From positions 1-64,000 of the forward strand of contig ADNK01001110.1 in assembly GCA_000320545.1 (NCBI GenBank): a stretch of 64,000 nucleotides of DNA, read 5' to 3'. A model generated the notes under the pieces. It was not told where the DNA came from. It searched no databases and saw only the letters and a list, made by a program, of their open reading frames with translations. This DNA is from Bigelowiella natans CCMP2755. Its lineage: Eukaryota; Protista; Cercozoa. This document shows, one piece after another, positions 25,164-39,090 of the stretch. The first letter of the stretch is position 1. Every line of letters starts with the position of its first letter. The translations under genes and the position numbers were made by a program.

Positions 25164-28100
25164 ATTCTTCTGCAGCCTGGCAAGGGCTTCCAGACGCTTC
25201 CTCTCTCGTTTAGAGAGCTTCTTCTGCTTGGCGCCCTTCTTGTTGTTGCGCCCGTTGCTGCTCGTGGTATGTGCAGCAGAGGGCTGCTGCTTCTCGCCGA
25301 GCTGCTGATTGTCCTTGGCGCCTACCGTTTCTCCGTTGATGGCGCTACCACCGGCATCACCACCATCATTACCCTTCCCTTCGCGCAAAGAGGAGGTGGG
25401 GACCATACTCAAGAATGCAGAGAAGGAGTCAGCAGCCAAGCCGAGCGTTTCCGTGTCGATCGCCCGGATCTCACTGGCGACTCGGCGGGGGAGCGGCGCG
25501 AGGAGAACCGTCGAGCTGGAGCGCTTGAAGTTGGAGCGCCTCACGTCTGCTGGGAACGGCACCCGTAAGAATAGGTGGCAAAGAACGAACATCAACCGCC
25601 GCGCGCTCCCGTCTGGATTGAGTTTAAACCTGGAAAGTAGCAGCGGTTAGCAGTAGCAGGAGGAGTAATAGTAGTGCTAGTACTACTACTGTTAGTAGTT
25701 GTTGTTGTAGTCACAGATTTTGGGTTAGTTTGTTGTTGATGATAAATGTTTGCTGTTGCTTCTTTCTTCCTCTTTTTCGTCTTCTCGTTATTGAGAAGAC
25801 CATACATTGATATCTAAACTCCCTTTCTCCCCCCCCCCCCCTCTCTCTTTCTCTCGCTTCGTTCTCCCCCCCCACCTTTTCGGCCCTCCACACACGCGTC
25901 GAAGCGTACCCGACCGCATCAGCGATACGAAGGCCATCGAGCTGCCAGCGCCGCCCGCAGCGTGGAGCGACGCCGCAACTCCTGCCAGCCCCACCGGCCG
26001 CGACTTCGGATCCGCGAGCCCCTGCCGCAATAACTGCTCTAGTGAGAAGCGGAAGGAGACGCGTGCCTGTTGCGACTTGATGTGTGCGCCCGGGAGCGAG
26101 AGGGGGGGGGTGAGGAGGATATTGGAGACCAGCTGCGTGGCCCTCTTGCGATCCCGCGCGTACGATTGGAAGAGTGCCATCCGGAGCGCGAGCGACGTGT
26201 CCGCCGCCGCGTATCGACCGCGCAGGGAGGTGAGAGGGGAGGTCATCAGCGACGCCACCTTCTGCATGGGGACGCCGAGGAAGGCGACGTAGCCCACGTC
26301 GTCGTGCCCCCTCCTTCCTGCACGGCCCGCCATCTGCCGGAAGGCCAAAGGGGTGAGCAGCGGCGAGTCGCCCAGGAACGCGCACGTGCGAGAAGGCATG
26401 TTCACGCCGACGGCGAGCGTCTTCGTGGCGATGACCACCTTAATGTGTTTCCCGCGAAACATCGTCTCCACCAGGTCCTTGTAGGAGCGGGGAAGCCCCT
26501 CGTGGTGCACGCCAACGCCGCGCCACAGCGCGCGGAGGAGCGGGTGATCGTTTGGCCACCCGGTAGCGTCGCGGAGGCGTTTCATCCAGAAGTCGAGGTC
26601 CTCGCGCGAGATTCGGTCGTTATCTGGGACGAAGGAGAAGCGCGGATCTACGTCCATCTGCAGGTCCAATTCGTCTTGATCGAGCATCGAAGCCGCGATC
26701 CGCGCGGCGTCCGCGCGCTGCTGCTCCGCCACGCGCGCGTCGTGGAGGCGAGCCTGCTGGTCGTGCGTGAGTTGCTTCTTCTGCTGGCCGCTGAGGGTCT
26801 TCTCCTTCTTGTTCCTCCGGCGATTTTGCATCTGCTTTACGAGCTTGGAGGCCTTGAGGGCCATCTTGGTCACGCGCCGCTTCTCCGCCTCGCCGCCTTC
26901 CCGCTCCGACGCGGCCTTCTCTAGACGCTCGAGGGTCTCCACGATCCGGAGCGCCAGCGCTTCGCACAGGTTGGGGTCCAAGCAGAAGGCCACGCAGGGC
27001 AGCTTGTCCTCGCGGGCCAGATCGACGAATAGCGGCAGCACATAGCGGCTGACGAAGTGCCTGGAAGCAATGCTTTCCTTACGCTCCGAGATTGCCCCAA
27101 GCCGGTCGCGTACGGGAGCTGCGAGCTGGTCGAGTACTAACTCGGCAGGGCCCCTCCCCTCCCCTCCTCCTCGTGTGTTCCCAGTGCCAGACATGAGCTT
27201 TTCAGCCCACACCCCAAACGCGGTCTTGATTTTCTCCCCATATTCGTGCGCCGCGTCTCTGCCTATGTACGCCTTCGCCCGGAAGTAAGCGGAGGGTTCC
27301 AGCGGCCTCAGCCCCTTGAGTGCTGCTACTTCGCTGCTGCCACTGCTGCTCGCTCCTCCGCTCGCAGACTGGCACATGTGGTCATACAGCACGATCGAGT
27401 CCCGAGGGGAAAACTCCATTGTCTTTGGGATGGCGATGGTGCTGCCGCTGTTGCTGCTGCTGGCCGTCTCTCCGTTCTCCTTGTCACCCGCCCCCCCTCC
27501 GTCCCTTCTCTCCGCAAAGTCGTGCGCCGCGCCGAAGGCCACCGCAGCGAGGGGGTGAAAGGGGAGGAGGCCGGATGGCAGCAGCTTCGGGGCACGCTTT
27601 CCGGCCTGCTTAAGCAGCATGCGCTCGGCGTTAGTCTTGGGGGATACGATGCCGTGCTTGTAGGAGAGCAGGAGGCGGTCGCGCTCGAAAGCTGGTAGGT
27701 ACACAGCCTTCTCGAGGTCGGCCCATCGCTTGGTGTGCACGATCAAGGCAACTTCAGGGTTGTCAGTCGGGAACGGCGAGGAGGAGGACGAAGAGGCCGA
27801 CTCCTCGCCTCCGTTATTGTCTCCCCTCCCCCCACGCCTCCCGCCTTTCCTGCCTCCGCCCTTCTTGCCTCTTTTGTTGGAGGGGGGGGTAGTGGAAGAG
27901 GACGAGCCGCCGTCCGCAGCGGCCCTCTCCTGGTCGAAGTTGGGAGTGCCGAGCTTAGCTGTTCGCTGTCGTGCTTGCTGAAGCCACGAGTGGAAAGCGT
28001 GCGGGTTTCCGACGGTAGCGGACAACGCCAGGAACGGAGCTGGGAAGGCCGCCAGAAGGCGCTCCCACGGCCCCCCGTCTTCCCCGTCGAGGCTATGAAC

Positions 28101-30065
28101 CTCGTCGTAAATCACATACTTCACGCGCGCCACCCACGGCTCCCGCTCTGGGGCGAGCATGATAGTTTCGAGGCACTGTGGCAAAGTCACGAGGACTTCG
28201 CACGTCTCCGTTTTGTAGGCGACCCCCGGCGTCAGCACGCCGAAGACAGCGCCGTACCGCCTGTACACGCTCGCTGCGACCTGTGAGACGAGCGCGGTTG
28301 TGGGGCACACATAGACGATGATCAAGGGTCCTGCGAGCAGCCCCGTTGTCGTAGGCTTGCTCTGCTTGTTGTGCGTGAGGATCTTCTTCATCGCATAGAA
28401 GGAAGCAAAGGTTTTCCCGCTCGACGTGGGCGCGACGATGAGCGCGGAGGCGCGGCGGTCCACGATATCGAGCATCTCCCGCTGCCACTTGTCCGGGTAA
28501 AACCCGCTCACACGCGGGTCGGGCGCGGATTGCACGTCACGCACCATCTTCGGCCCCGCATACGTCAGCTGGAATCGCTCTGGAGACAGAGGGATCCGGT
28601 GGGAGTCCACTGCGAGGTGCCTAAACCGCCGCTGCGCCTCGGACTTCTGCATGCGGGCTCGCTTCGCAAGGGCTTCACGTTCCTTCCGCGAGAGGCCCTT
28701 TCCTTTCTTTTGACCTTCATCATCATCATCATCATCGTCGTCGTCGTCGTCATCCTCGTCTTCGTCGGAGTCCTCCTCCTCTTCCTCCTCCCCCTCGGGC
28801 AGCCCCTCATTCCTCGGTCTCAGCACCTTTACACCGAGGGCCGTGAGCATGCGTAGAGCCTGCTCGAGGTACTCGTCACCGTCGCCCAGGGCGCCCTCTG
28901 GCGCTATTGGGAGAACTTTGGCCGCGGCCTGTTTCTTGGCGACGTCCTTCGCGTCGAGTTTGTGCAGGGCGATGTAATCCTGCAGCAGCCGCTTGGCTTG
29001 CTCGAGGAACCCTATTACGAGCAGCGCGTACAGCACACGGCCGAGCTGCGGCATCGTCAGCTCCGACTTGAACCGCCGGAACACGTCGAATGCCATCTGG
29101 AACACGCGCACCGCGCGCTCCATCTCGACGTCGCTCGGGGGAGAGCGAGCGGCCTTCGTCTTCGCCTCTTTCCCGTCCTCCTCCTTCTTCTCTTCAACGC
29201 CGTCCTCTTCCTCTTCTTCTTCTTCTTCTTCTTCTTCTTCTTCCTCATCATTATCAGCATCAGGGCTGGGTAACTTGAAGCTAGTACCGGGGTGCTGCTG
29301 CTCACACCACGCGAGGACACACCAGTCGAGCAGCACTAGCAGCCCGGGAATTACGTGGGGGTCGGAGATGTCAACCAGCCGCTCATCCAAACTGCTGATT
29401 CTCTTCTCAAGGGCAACAAGAGAGATCATACTGCCCTGCTGCTGCTTCTTCTTCTTTTCGCCGTCCTCTCCCTCCTCGCCTCCGTCAGCGTCCGGCCCCC
29501 CGAATGTCACTCCGAGCGCCTCGTCCTCCTTTCTGCGCTTCTCCTCCACGGTTTGTCTCAGTGCGAGAGGGATACGTCTCGCTGCTGCCACGTAGCTGGC
29601 TACGTTCTGCTTGATCTCCTCGCGCTTCCTGGCGTCCACGCCGGCGATGATTTGCTCGCGCATGGCCTTGCCAGAGGCCTTTTCACCGCCTCCGCCCCCG
29701 CCGCCCTTTCTGCCCTTCTTTTTCCCTTTCTTCCCGCCCGGATTCCATCCTCCCTTGTTCTTCTTCTTGCCACTCGATCCCTGCCATTTGGCTCCTCCCC
29801 CCCCCTTGGCTTCGTCTTCGTTGCTGCCGCTGTCGCCGTTGGACGATTTGGCCACGATGACGTCGCGGAGAACGAGGCGTGTGCCACTGAGAGATTGCGC
29901 GTATTTTGTCATGAACAGGAGGTACTTCTGCCGCTCCTGCTCCACTAGCATCTTCGCCTCACGGGAGGAGGGGGAGGACAATGAAGTCCCGGAAACAACT
30001 ATCCCTTGGCTGCCGCCTCCCAGCTTATCATTACGCTGCAGACGATAAAGGATACGAACACGCAT

Positions 30066-30113
<48 letters not shown>

Positions 30114-33100
30114 GGGAAAATACATCAATTATCATCCCCACCCTTTGATTCAGCTTTGCCACATTCTTTTAAAATACAGGTCTAAATTGTGCGTGTTTGA
30201 TCATGAAAAGCACCTCGCCGTTTTTGCCGCTTTTGGCGACGTCCAATCTGGCTAGGCCCCTGCCTTGTCTTGCGCGCTCTTTCCTCTCCAGCAGCTGTTT
30301 ACGCCGCTTTTGAGCCATGGCTGCCTCTTCAGCCTCGACGAGCTCCTCTCCACCCTCCTTGAGGGGGTCCGGAGGCATCCAGTAGAGCTCCTTTGCCTCC
30401 TCCTCACTCTTCTTTTTCTTCTTCTCTCCCACCCCCTTTGCACTGGTTGATCGGCGAGGCGCGACGAAACGGGAAAGCGCCTTCTTCTCAGAATCGGCGA
30501 GGATGTAATCCACAATCGCTGCTTCCTCTACCGGTTGCAACGGGGGAGCGGGGATTGGGTCCTCTTCTTTTGCGACAAGCTTGCCATTCCTTGCTTTTTG
30601 AAGCGTGGCGAGGGATTGCGAGAAAAGGACAGCAGCGGCGGAGGGGGCGGAGCCCTCTTTCCCGGCAGGAAATACAGGGCTGCTCACTTCAAGTGGAAAG
30701 AAGCTTTCGGAGAGCGACACCTCCCCTCCCCCCCCCTGCTGCTGTGAATCTTTCTCATTGCCCTTAGTATTCTGGATAAGCGTCCGAAACACCTTCCATA
30801 ATGACGAGAGGGACGCTGACATAGAATCGGGGAGACCTGATAATACATGGTGACAAATCCTCACCAAAATCGTCATCATCATCATCATCATCACCATCAT
30901 CCTCATCACCCTCATCATCCTCATCATCATCCTCATCATCCTCACAAATCGCACGCTACTCTGCGGACCCACCGATATCAGCTGCGGAGGCGATCGCGCT
31001 GCCGTCGTTATTTTCGCTGCTCACTCCAGCAGCAAGGACGAGAGCGAGCGTCCGATGGAACAGTGCGCCGTCCACGACGTGCAGGAAAGCCTCTGTTACC
31101 GTTGCAGTCGATTTCTCGTCACTGCCCGCAGTCATGGCCACCAGGTGCGCTGCGTACAGCTCCAAGAACACACGGGGACTTTCCAACGACGCTGATGGCG
31201 ACGAGGAGGAGGGGGGCGACGACGACTCTCTCACCGGAGCAGCCAGGGGCTTGAACAGCCCCCCCCCCTTTGGGACAGGCAGCCGACGAATGCGATCCTG
31301 AAGAGTCAGGTGGCGTGCGAGGACGACGCTAAGCAGTAGCGTCTTGGCCATCATTTCTTGGTCTATCCTCGCATCGACTACGGCAAGCGCTGCTTCCGAG
31401 GCCGCCTTCCAAACCAGAAGGTCGACTCCGCGGCGTGCTGCGCGCTCTGCTGCAGCTTGAACGTCAGCGCAATCGGCTCCTCCTCCTCCTCCTCCTCCTC
31501 CTCCTCCTCCATCCTCTTTCTTCCCCTCCGTGTCGCCTGCGCCTGTTGTCGCAGTATCATCGCCTTTCTCGTCGCCTGATGCAATGATGACGGCAAGATG
31601 GTGGTGATGATGGTGATGATGATGATGATGATGATGGTGAATGATGCAGCAGCCGAGCACAATGGCCATCACTACGGTCGATCATAGATAACGACGGGCA
31701 TGATGCAAAACCACTAATACACCACTACCTCTAGTTGCAAGACAACATATGAGGTGTGCATCACCACATAATCCGTACATGCGAGAGAAACGAATAATGG
31801 GGAATTAATTAGCCAGCACGCAGCAGAGCACGACACAACCTTTTTCCTCGATTTCGTCTGCAGCGGCCTCCCAATCATCTAGCTCATCATCGTCGCCTCC
31901 ATCACCACCATTCTGCTCCTCGTTCTGCTCCTCGTTTCCCTCTCTCTCCTCTCCCTCCTCTTCTTCTGAAAAGTCTTCCCAGTTCTCCAGTTCATCACCG
32001 TTGATATCATCGTCGTGGCCCTGGTCCCAGCCTCCTTCGTCGATGTTAGCATCACCCTTCTCCTCTTCCGCACCTCCTAATCCCATTGCACGGCGGTGTG
32101 CTTCCTCCTCTGCTTCCTCGTCGACGATTTGTGCTTCCCCCTCTTCTTCACCACCCTCGGTCTCGCCACCCTGCCTCTTGCCATCATCCTTGTGTGGGTG
32201 TGGGTGTGAGTGTGTGTAAGAGAGTGTGAGTGTGCGTGTTTGTGTGTGTAAATTATTCGATTGTGAATGTCAGCATTGAGCCTCCCTCATCTCGATTCGG
32301 GAGAGATAGTCGGGCATATAGCTGCTCTACTTTACTCTACCTGCCCCTGGGCGGTCTTTGTAGCGTCTCTCCCCTCGCCCACAAGGCCCCTTCCATCCCA
32401 CTCGTCTGCATGGAGTATTGCTCGTTAGCATTGGTGATGCATGAAGGATTTGATGATGCTAATGCTCAATCGATGGTAATGACAATAATGGCGACAACAA
32501 CGACAACCACGACGATGGTGGTAGTGATTGTTATGAGGACGATATACAGGTCGGATAAGGCTGCAAAGTCCCACCTTGATCAGAGTCATCATCAGCATCT
32601 TTGAACAATGCTGCTGAGCGATCCTGCGACGCGAGCACGCTCGACCACATCTCTTCGGCCTCACTTTCGGCCTGTTGGATAGTGATGAAGGATGGCGATC
32701 ATAATCATCAGACCCGTCGTAGTTGCCAGTGTCACAATCATCATCATCATCATCATCATCATCCATATCCTTGTCGCTCACCTTTGCTAGCAAGTGGTGT
32801 TGAATTGCATTCTCTTCTGCACTCCCCTCTCCCCCCTGTCTTGCGTAGTGGCGATGATGCAGAAGTGCCTTCCAGTATGCTGCTAGTCCTACCACCGCTA
32901 CGACGAAACTCTGTTCATGAAAGAAAAAGAACGAGTGAGAATCCAGCTTCGAGTGAGTAGGATATCGATGTCATCCACCTTGGGTGCCCCCTCGTTCCCA
33001 AGACCCTTTTGTGCGTCTTCGATCATCCAGCCATGAGGCAGTGCCTGCGGCTTTTTTACTTCCCCATCTCGAGTTTTCAGATTGTTTAGAATCCCAGCGT

Positions 33101-34487
33101 ACCGAGGTGGCGGCAGTGGGGGGAGGGGCAGCAGAGCCACGTAGTCTGATATGGCCGAGTCCCGAGCGAGCTGCAGGCGCAAGAGAAAGGACGAGAAAGG
33201 ACGAGAAAGGACGAGAAAGGATAAGGTCGCATTTTCAATCATATCAGGATTATTCGTTCATTCTATCCTCCCTGTCTTGCCATCATTTACTTCCGTCATT
33301 AATTACCTGCTGGAAGCCTCGCAGCCGGGTATTTGAGACGTTGAATTGACATCCGCGCACGACCCGAATTCCTGAGAACGACCACACACCCGCCTCATAT
33401 GATGGAGTCGCTACAATAGATTTCTGATGTTTTCATTCGTGGACGCACCATTAGCAAGCAGGTGTGCCGTCAATCGTTTGAGCAACGTGGCCGAATTTGG
33501 CGAAAGCAGTCGCGAAACTACACCGCCTCCTGGGGAAGTCTGCAGATGAAATAGATTGATGAGTGTTGTTATGGTTTATGAGGTGCTTTGACAATCAGGT
33601 GTCACGCGGCATTAAAATAGCAATTAAGTCTAAAGGACAACCAGTGCAAACGAGGGGTGGGCGGAGGAGACGAAGTTTCCGAATTCCTGTCATAGTAGCA
33701 TTATGTCGAAACAGGTCAAATTGACTATCATCTTCGGCAGTGGAGAAATTCGCACTCTCTCACCTTAGACTCCCAATCGGTGAAGGTTTGAACTTTCAGA
33801 TAACCGTTCGTTTCCGCGCACTTCGTAGATACGTGCTTGATGAATAGCTCGCGGGCGAGCGCATGGGATGGTCGTCTCCATATGGCACGAAGCACGTCAA
33901 AGTACACAAGGGTGTATCGACGATTTGATTGAAGGAGACGCTCCAGACGCTGCTCGAGCTGTCAGTCCAACGTTCAACAGGGCACACATGTGTTCTCGTT
34001 AGAATGGTGAAACAGACATGCAAAATCGATCCGCCCTCCTCACACCCACACCGGTAGCACACAGTGCGAAATATATATGCGGCACCTGGAAAAATATCTG
34101 CAGCAGGTGAGGACCATATGCCCTGAGAGGAACAAGACGAATAGCTCAGATTACGGGAGGACAGCGCGTGCACAACTCGTAAACACAACCAGTCAAGTGA
34201 GGGCGACGACAGCGCGTCAAGAAGAAGTGAGTCTCCGTCGACAATGAAAGGCTGTCCTGCATCCTCTATCTCTTCGTACGAGGTGTACATCTGCACTCGT
34301 ATAAAAGGTTCATAATAACTGCTTAGCACACGGCAGTACCCTGGGGAACGAGGCACTCAACGATTGCACTCATGAATACTTTCATTTCAGGCACACAAAA
34401 TTCGAACCGCCAGACGCTTGCGCACGCCACCACCTTGTGGAAGACTCGCTCCATCTTCTGTTCCAAACCTCCACCCTTTTCTTCCAT
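24177..34487 (-). CDS. DDX60: DDX60-like Ski2-family DExD/H-box RNA helicase, multi-exon
   Basis: FYPDKWQREMLD, APTSSGKTF (motif I), DEVH, LSAT, GVGVHHEGL, TLAVGVNMP, QMAGRAGRRG; N-terminal FIVDGDSLL and C-terminal LNAYALDFLKHG..AWILLRDW are characteristic of DDX60-like proteins. Confidence 0.85.
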
Positions 34488-35053
34488 TGTATCACTATTT
34501 CCCTTCCGTTCCTCCTCCTTCACTTGAGCTCCGTAAAATTCTTCTCTCTTCCCTGAGATGCTGCTCTCTCGGCGCGCGTGACCCCAGTTTCAGACTTTGC
34601 CGTCAGATTAGAAGCGGGCTCGATGCTTCCTAAAATAGTTCCATTCGAATTCTACGACATGAAAGATGTAGTAAAAACTTTGAAAAATTCAGAGATATTC
34701 CCAATTCAGGGAAGAAACTCTTTTGTAAATAGAACTGACGGTCTCAGCTGCTTCACCTTCTTGAAATTGCCGTCGCCCGTGGATGAGGAGCATTTCCAAT
34801 TGGAATCACCTACATTCCGCACCGAAATCGAGACAAAACTGAAGACGTAGATCGAAAATAAAATGGGTTTCAAGAAGAGCAGTTGTGTGTTGAACGACAT
34901 GCACAAGTGCATGACGCTGTTCCTAATCGGTCGATGATCTGGCTGCCTGCTGCTGCTGCCTCAAAACCGCTCTTTTTTTTTTTACGTGCGGTTGCTTCCC
35001 GCCTGGCAGCGCATTGAAAAAGATTTAACCCCACCTCCCATCCCATTAGGACC

Positions 35054-35531
35054 ATGTTCGCAGATGAATCTGAGTCTGATCCACCCAGTAGGTTGGTGGA
35101 GAAGCAGCCCGCCGACAATGGAACGGAGCAGCCCTCAACCGACAGTCTCAGGGTGACCGGTGGAGGAGCAGAAGAAGGCAAGACGAATGGGGATGTCTAC
35201 GACGTGTCCCTGTCTAAAGAAGACCGTCAGGATATAAGTCGGCGCATAAATGCAATCACAGCTGCACGCGCCAAGCTGAATCGTGTGGGCAGTAGGAGGA
35301 GTAGTCGAAGCCAATCGCAATCTCTGAACGACTCGCGGATGGCCACCTCAAAGCAGCATCACGGACTCGAGGCACCGACCCCTTTAGATACACCCGCTGG
35401 TCGTCGGAATGGAGGCATTCCCTTGCATCCACTCAGCTTAAGAGACGCCAAATCTCCTCTCCATATGAGCACAGGTTTGGTTGGGAAAGCGAGGGATAAG
35501 ATCATGATTGTGTAGCAGCTCACATTCTCAT

Positions 35532-35568
<37 letters not shown>

Positions 35569-36900
35569 ACACGCTTTCATGCGAAATTACTTTCCTTACA
35601 TCCCACCGTGTGGTGCACTGTGCCCTTCACCACGGCATAAAAAGCAGGGCTCGATAGAACTCTCTGCAGTCCTCAGACTGGAAACATCGCTAATCATCCC
35701 TCGCTCCATGGCCGTTCAAACTATAGTCTCAGCTTGCAACCTGGAAGAATTAGCTTAAGGGAGAGCAGGCCTCACAGCCCAAACGTCCCCCACCGTGCCA
35801 TTTACGTTGCGGGAGATGTCAAAGAAACAAATGCAGTAGCAGAATCGAACCCGGAATCAAGCTGTTCAAACGACTTCATTGGGTTTTTGGGTGTGTATTT
35901 TCCTTGCAAATGGTCCATGAGAGCAGTGTGCGCGGCACCACCACGGCTCATCCTGATTTCCTCCCTTTTATCCTCAGGAGTATACGTGTCGACGCTGTTC
36001 ATCTTGTCGACGCCTGCACTGCTGATCTACCCGTTCGCTGCCGTATTTTCTGGTGTTGCTACTATTGCGACATTGATGCACTATCTGAGAGTGCTGTACC
36101 CCAACTCAATCACAAAGTATTAGTCAGCGCTCTTTCACCCAGGTGGGGAAAGAGAGGGGAGATCCTTCGTGTTCAATCTGGGCGTGTACTGTTACTCAGG
36201 TGCCAAATGGTCGTTTCCTTCATGGAAGGGGCAATCTCAGGGATTTGCCTTGCATTTATGAAGTTAGTCGTCTCGAGGTGGGTAGTGACAACGCTCTCCA
36301 GGTCATAATACTGTCGGTGATGGGTCGCCGATTGATTGTTTAGATTTTTGGACCCCACGGGCACGGATCTGCAAGCACTGTATGAATACGCGATCATCGC
36401 TTTTGGATTCTCGACCCTGAACGAGGTGGCGGTGCTACTAGTGGTTCGGTTGGTGGTGGCGACAACTTTAATAAAATTTAAAAATATTGTTTTCTGCACT
36501 TGCAATTTACCCGTCATTGGTACGGTAGCACGTAGTGCACAGCCGCATCTTCCTAGCTTTCTTGCCAGCTGAAGGTGTGGAGGGGGGAGGATAGAAGAGA
36601 TGAGTATATTAGCTCCCTTTTTCAAGAATCCCCTCAGTTTTATGACATTACAGTATGTTTTGATTTAACGTTTCTCTTCCATTCTCTCTCTCCCCCTCTC
36701 ACTCTCTCCCCCTCTCCCCTCTCTGGATGGGTGCTGGTGCTTGTCGCTGTGCTGCTTGTCGCTACAGATGTTAAAGTGTCTCAGCATCCGCCGCATCACA
36801 TATGCTGCATACGTGATTGACCAGAAGGCGTTACTCGCCTACGCAATCTGCGTATCCTGTGGCCTTTCTGTGATCGAAAACCTCCTCCAGATCTACTCGG

Positions 36901-36933
<33 letters not shown>

Positions 36934-38093
36934 AGAATCTATGCACAGGCTGAATCTCAAAAAGTAGCCCCTCGCCGCAAAGTAGCGGTGGTTGATGTCT
37001 GTTTGTGTGAGGGTGAGTGTGGAGCAGCCGCTTTTCGATCACAATACGATTTCATCTAGATTTCATCTCAACGATTAGGCTGCACGAACGAGACTGCAAG
37101 CTGCTGGGAATCGAACTTTGATGACGCAGATATCATCCTGTGCTCCCCCCCCCCCCCCCTCCTCCCCCTCCTCCTTCTGCTTCTCCTTCCCCTCCCCTAT
37201 GAAGATATTCCTTTCTACGTCTCTTCCAGGGGAAATAACGTTGATGATGATGGCTAATAACGACTTATGACGAAACATGCGTATATTACATATCCAAATG
37301 CTCATTTCAGGAGATTTGAGGAAGGGCGACGCACGTTTGTCGTTGCCATGCTTCAAACGCTTCTGTTTACACCACTGCAGATTCTCACTGGTCAGTCTTG
37401 GCTCGTAGCAACTATGTCTTCCCGCATTCTCCACTATATCATTATCATTATCATTATCATCATTTTCAGTTATAAACAGCATCCATGTCGTTGATTTCCC
37501 CAGGAATGTTGATCAGCACGTTGTACAGCGAAGCACGGTTCTTTCGTCAAGGCCACAATATGCTCTCCATAGCGCTGCTTCCCATCCTCATTAGAGGCTT
37601 CTGTATCTTCATCGGACTAGCCTCACGTTCGTACACCCAAATGCATGTTATCTCTTCCTACTGCCCCCAAAACAACACTATTGCGATTTCTTATGCATAG
37701 GCCATCCTAAGATGATCTAGAGCGAATGCAGCACAGCAACCAGATTGCTGCCTGTTTCGCACAGGCAGTTAAACATGTATGAACAACTCCGTTCTCCGCT
37801 ATGTTGACGACGATTGCTGCCCCCCCCCCCCCCCCCTACCCTACCCCCCCTTCCCGGTCCTAGGTGGCGAAGATACGGTCTGGGTCGAGGCCGCTGGAAT
37901 GTTCATCGTGGGTTTCACCGTGATCGGGCTGGCTTTGTTTCAAAGGTTTCGGATAATACGAAACAACCGGCTTGTAAGCACGATCTCAACTCGGAGCAGG
38001 TCGAATTCACGCTCTGCCACCAAGAAGCTGCAGCGAACGGACGCCAGGAACCAGTCGATTAGAAATCTAGTGGCGCAAGGTAATTCAGATTGA
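35054..38093 (+). CDS. Multi-exon multi-pass membrane protein of unknown family
   Basis: Disordered N-terminal exon (35054-35500), then several GT-AG bounded exons encoding hydrophobic helices (e.g. VYVSTLFILSTPALLIYPFAAVF, AAGMFIVGFTVIGLALF) and a basic tail. Confidence 0.55.
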
Positions 38094-39090
38094 GAGTGTG
38101 CGAGTGGCAAGTGAGCACCGTCATTCAGCGTGATTTATAACGATGCGGTGCGGAGGTATTGTGCTATTTAAGAGTCTGATCTTCGCTCTTATCCTTTCTT
38201 GTCTGCCCCGCACACAGGCCTTGTTAGCAAAGCCAGGTGTGGGATAATCTGCTGTGAGTGCTGCTACTCTTGATACAAACAAAGTATAATATGCACAGCG
38301 CTGAGCCGAGATCGTAGTTGCTCTTACGTCATCTCGGATGGATGATAGATGGAGAATACTACGATTTGATGCACAAATATCTAACTTCATTCGCCTAAAA
38401 GTCTAATAACGATTTGTATGAATAAGTTACATATCCTTTCCCTACCACACGTTTCTCCATTAGTTCTGTTATTGCATATTAATTCACGACGACAACTGCT
38501 TGTGATAAAATCTTGCATGCACAGCAGGCGCAAATCTAGTTTGTTCTGTTGCGAATGCAAATGAATAACGAGCCATCATCAGCACATTGAAGTCAAGTGT
38601 GATCAGCGCCGCACAATATTGCCCGCCTGCGCTACTGTTGCTTCTATTATTGCTGCTGATCATGGAATAGAATTTGAATGGACCAACTCTTAAAGATAGC
38701 GATAACAAGAACAGTTTGTAATAGTTCTGTGAAAGGCGTTGCGCCTAGCAGACGATGAGCGTGCTTGCAGCTATACTTAATTACAAGCAAATACTGCAAT
38801 AACTAGACAAGCTCTCGTTTTGTCAGTAGCCCAACTAGCCAACTTACCGTCATAATAGGTCTTACATTCCATCATGCAGTCTATACGAAGGCTAGAAGGT
38901 GATGAATGCTGTCAAGGTATAACACCAACATGTAGCTATAACATTGTACGGCTCATATCGTATGAGTACAGGACCGTCTTGAAGCAGTCGTAGAATTACA
39001 GCAGCAGAGACCAGCAGAGACCAGCAGGAAAGCGACGATATCGGCGTTCCATGAATCTCTAGAATACTACCGTCGACTTTCGGTCGATTA

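Noticed and set aside
26070-30048. Long plus-strand ORFs opposite the helicase (likewise opposite the REJ and TGT genes)
   Set aside because: Antisense shadows of GC-rich coding exons.
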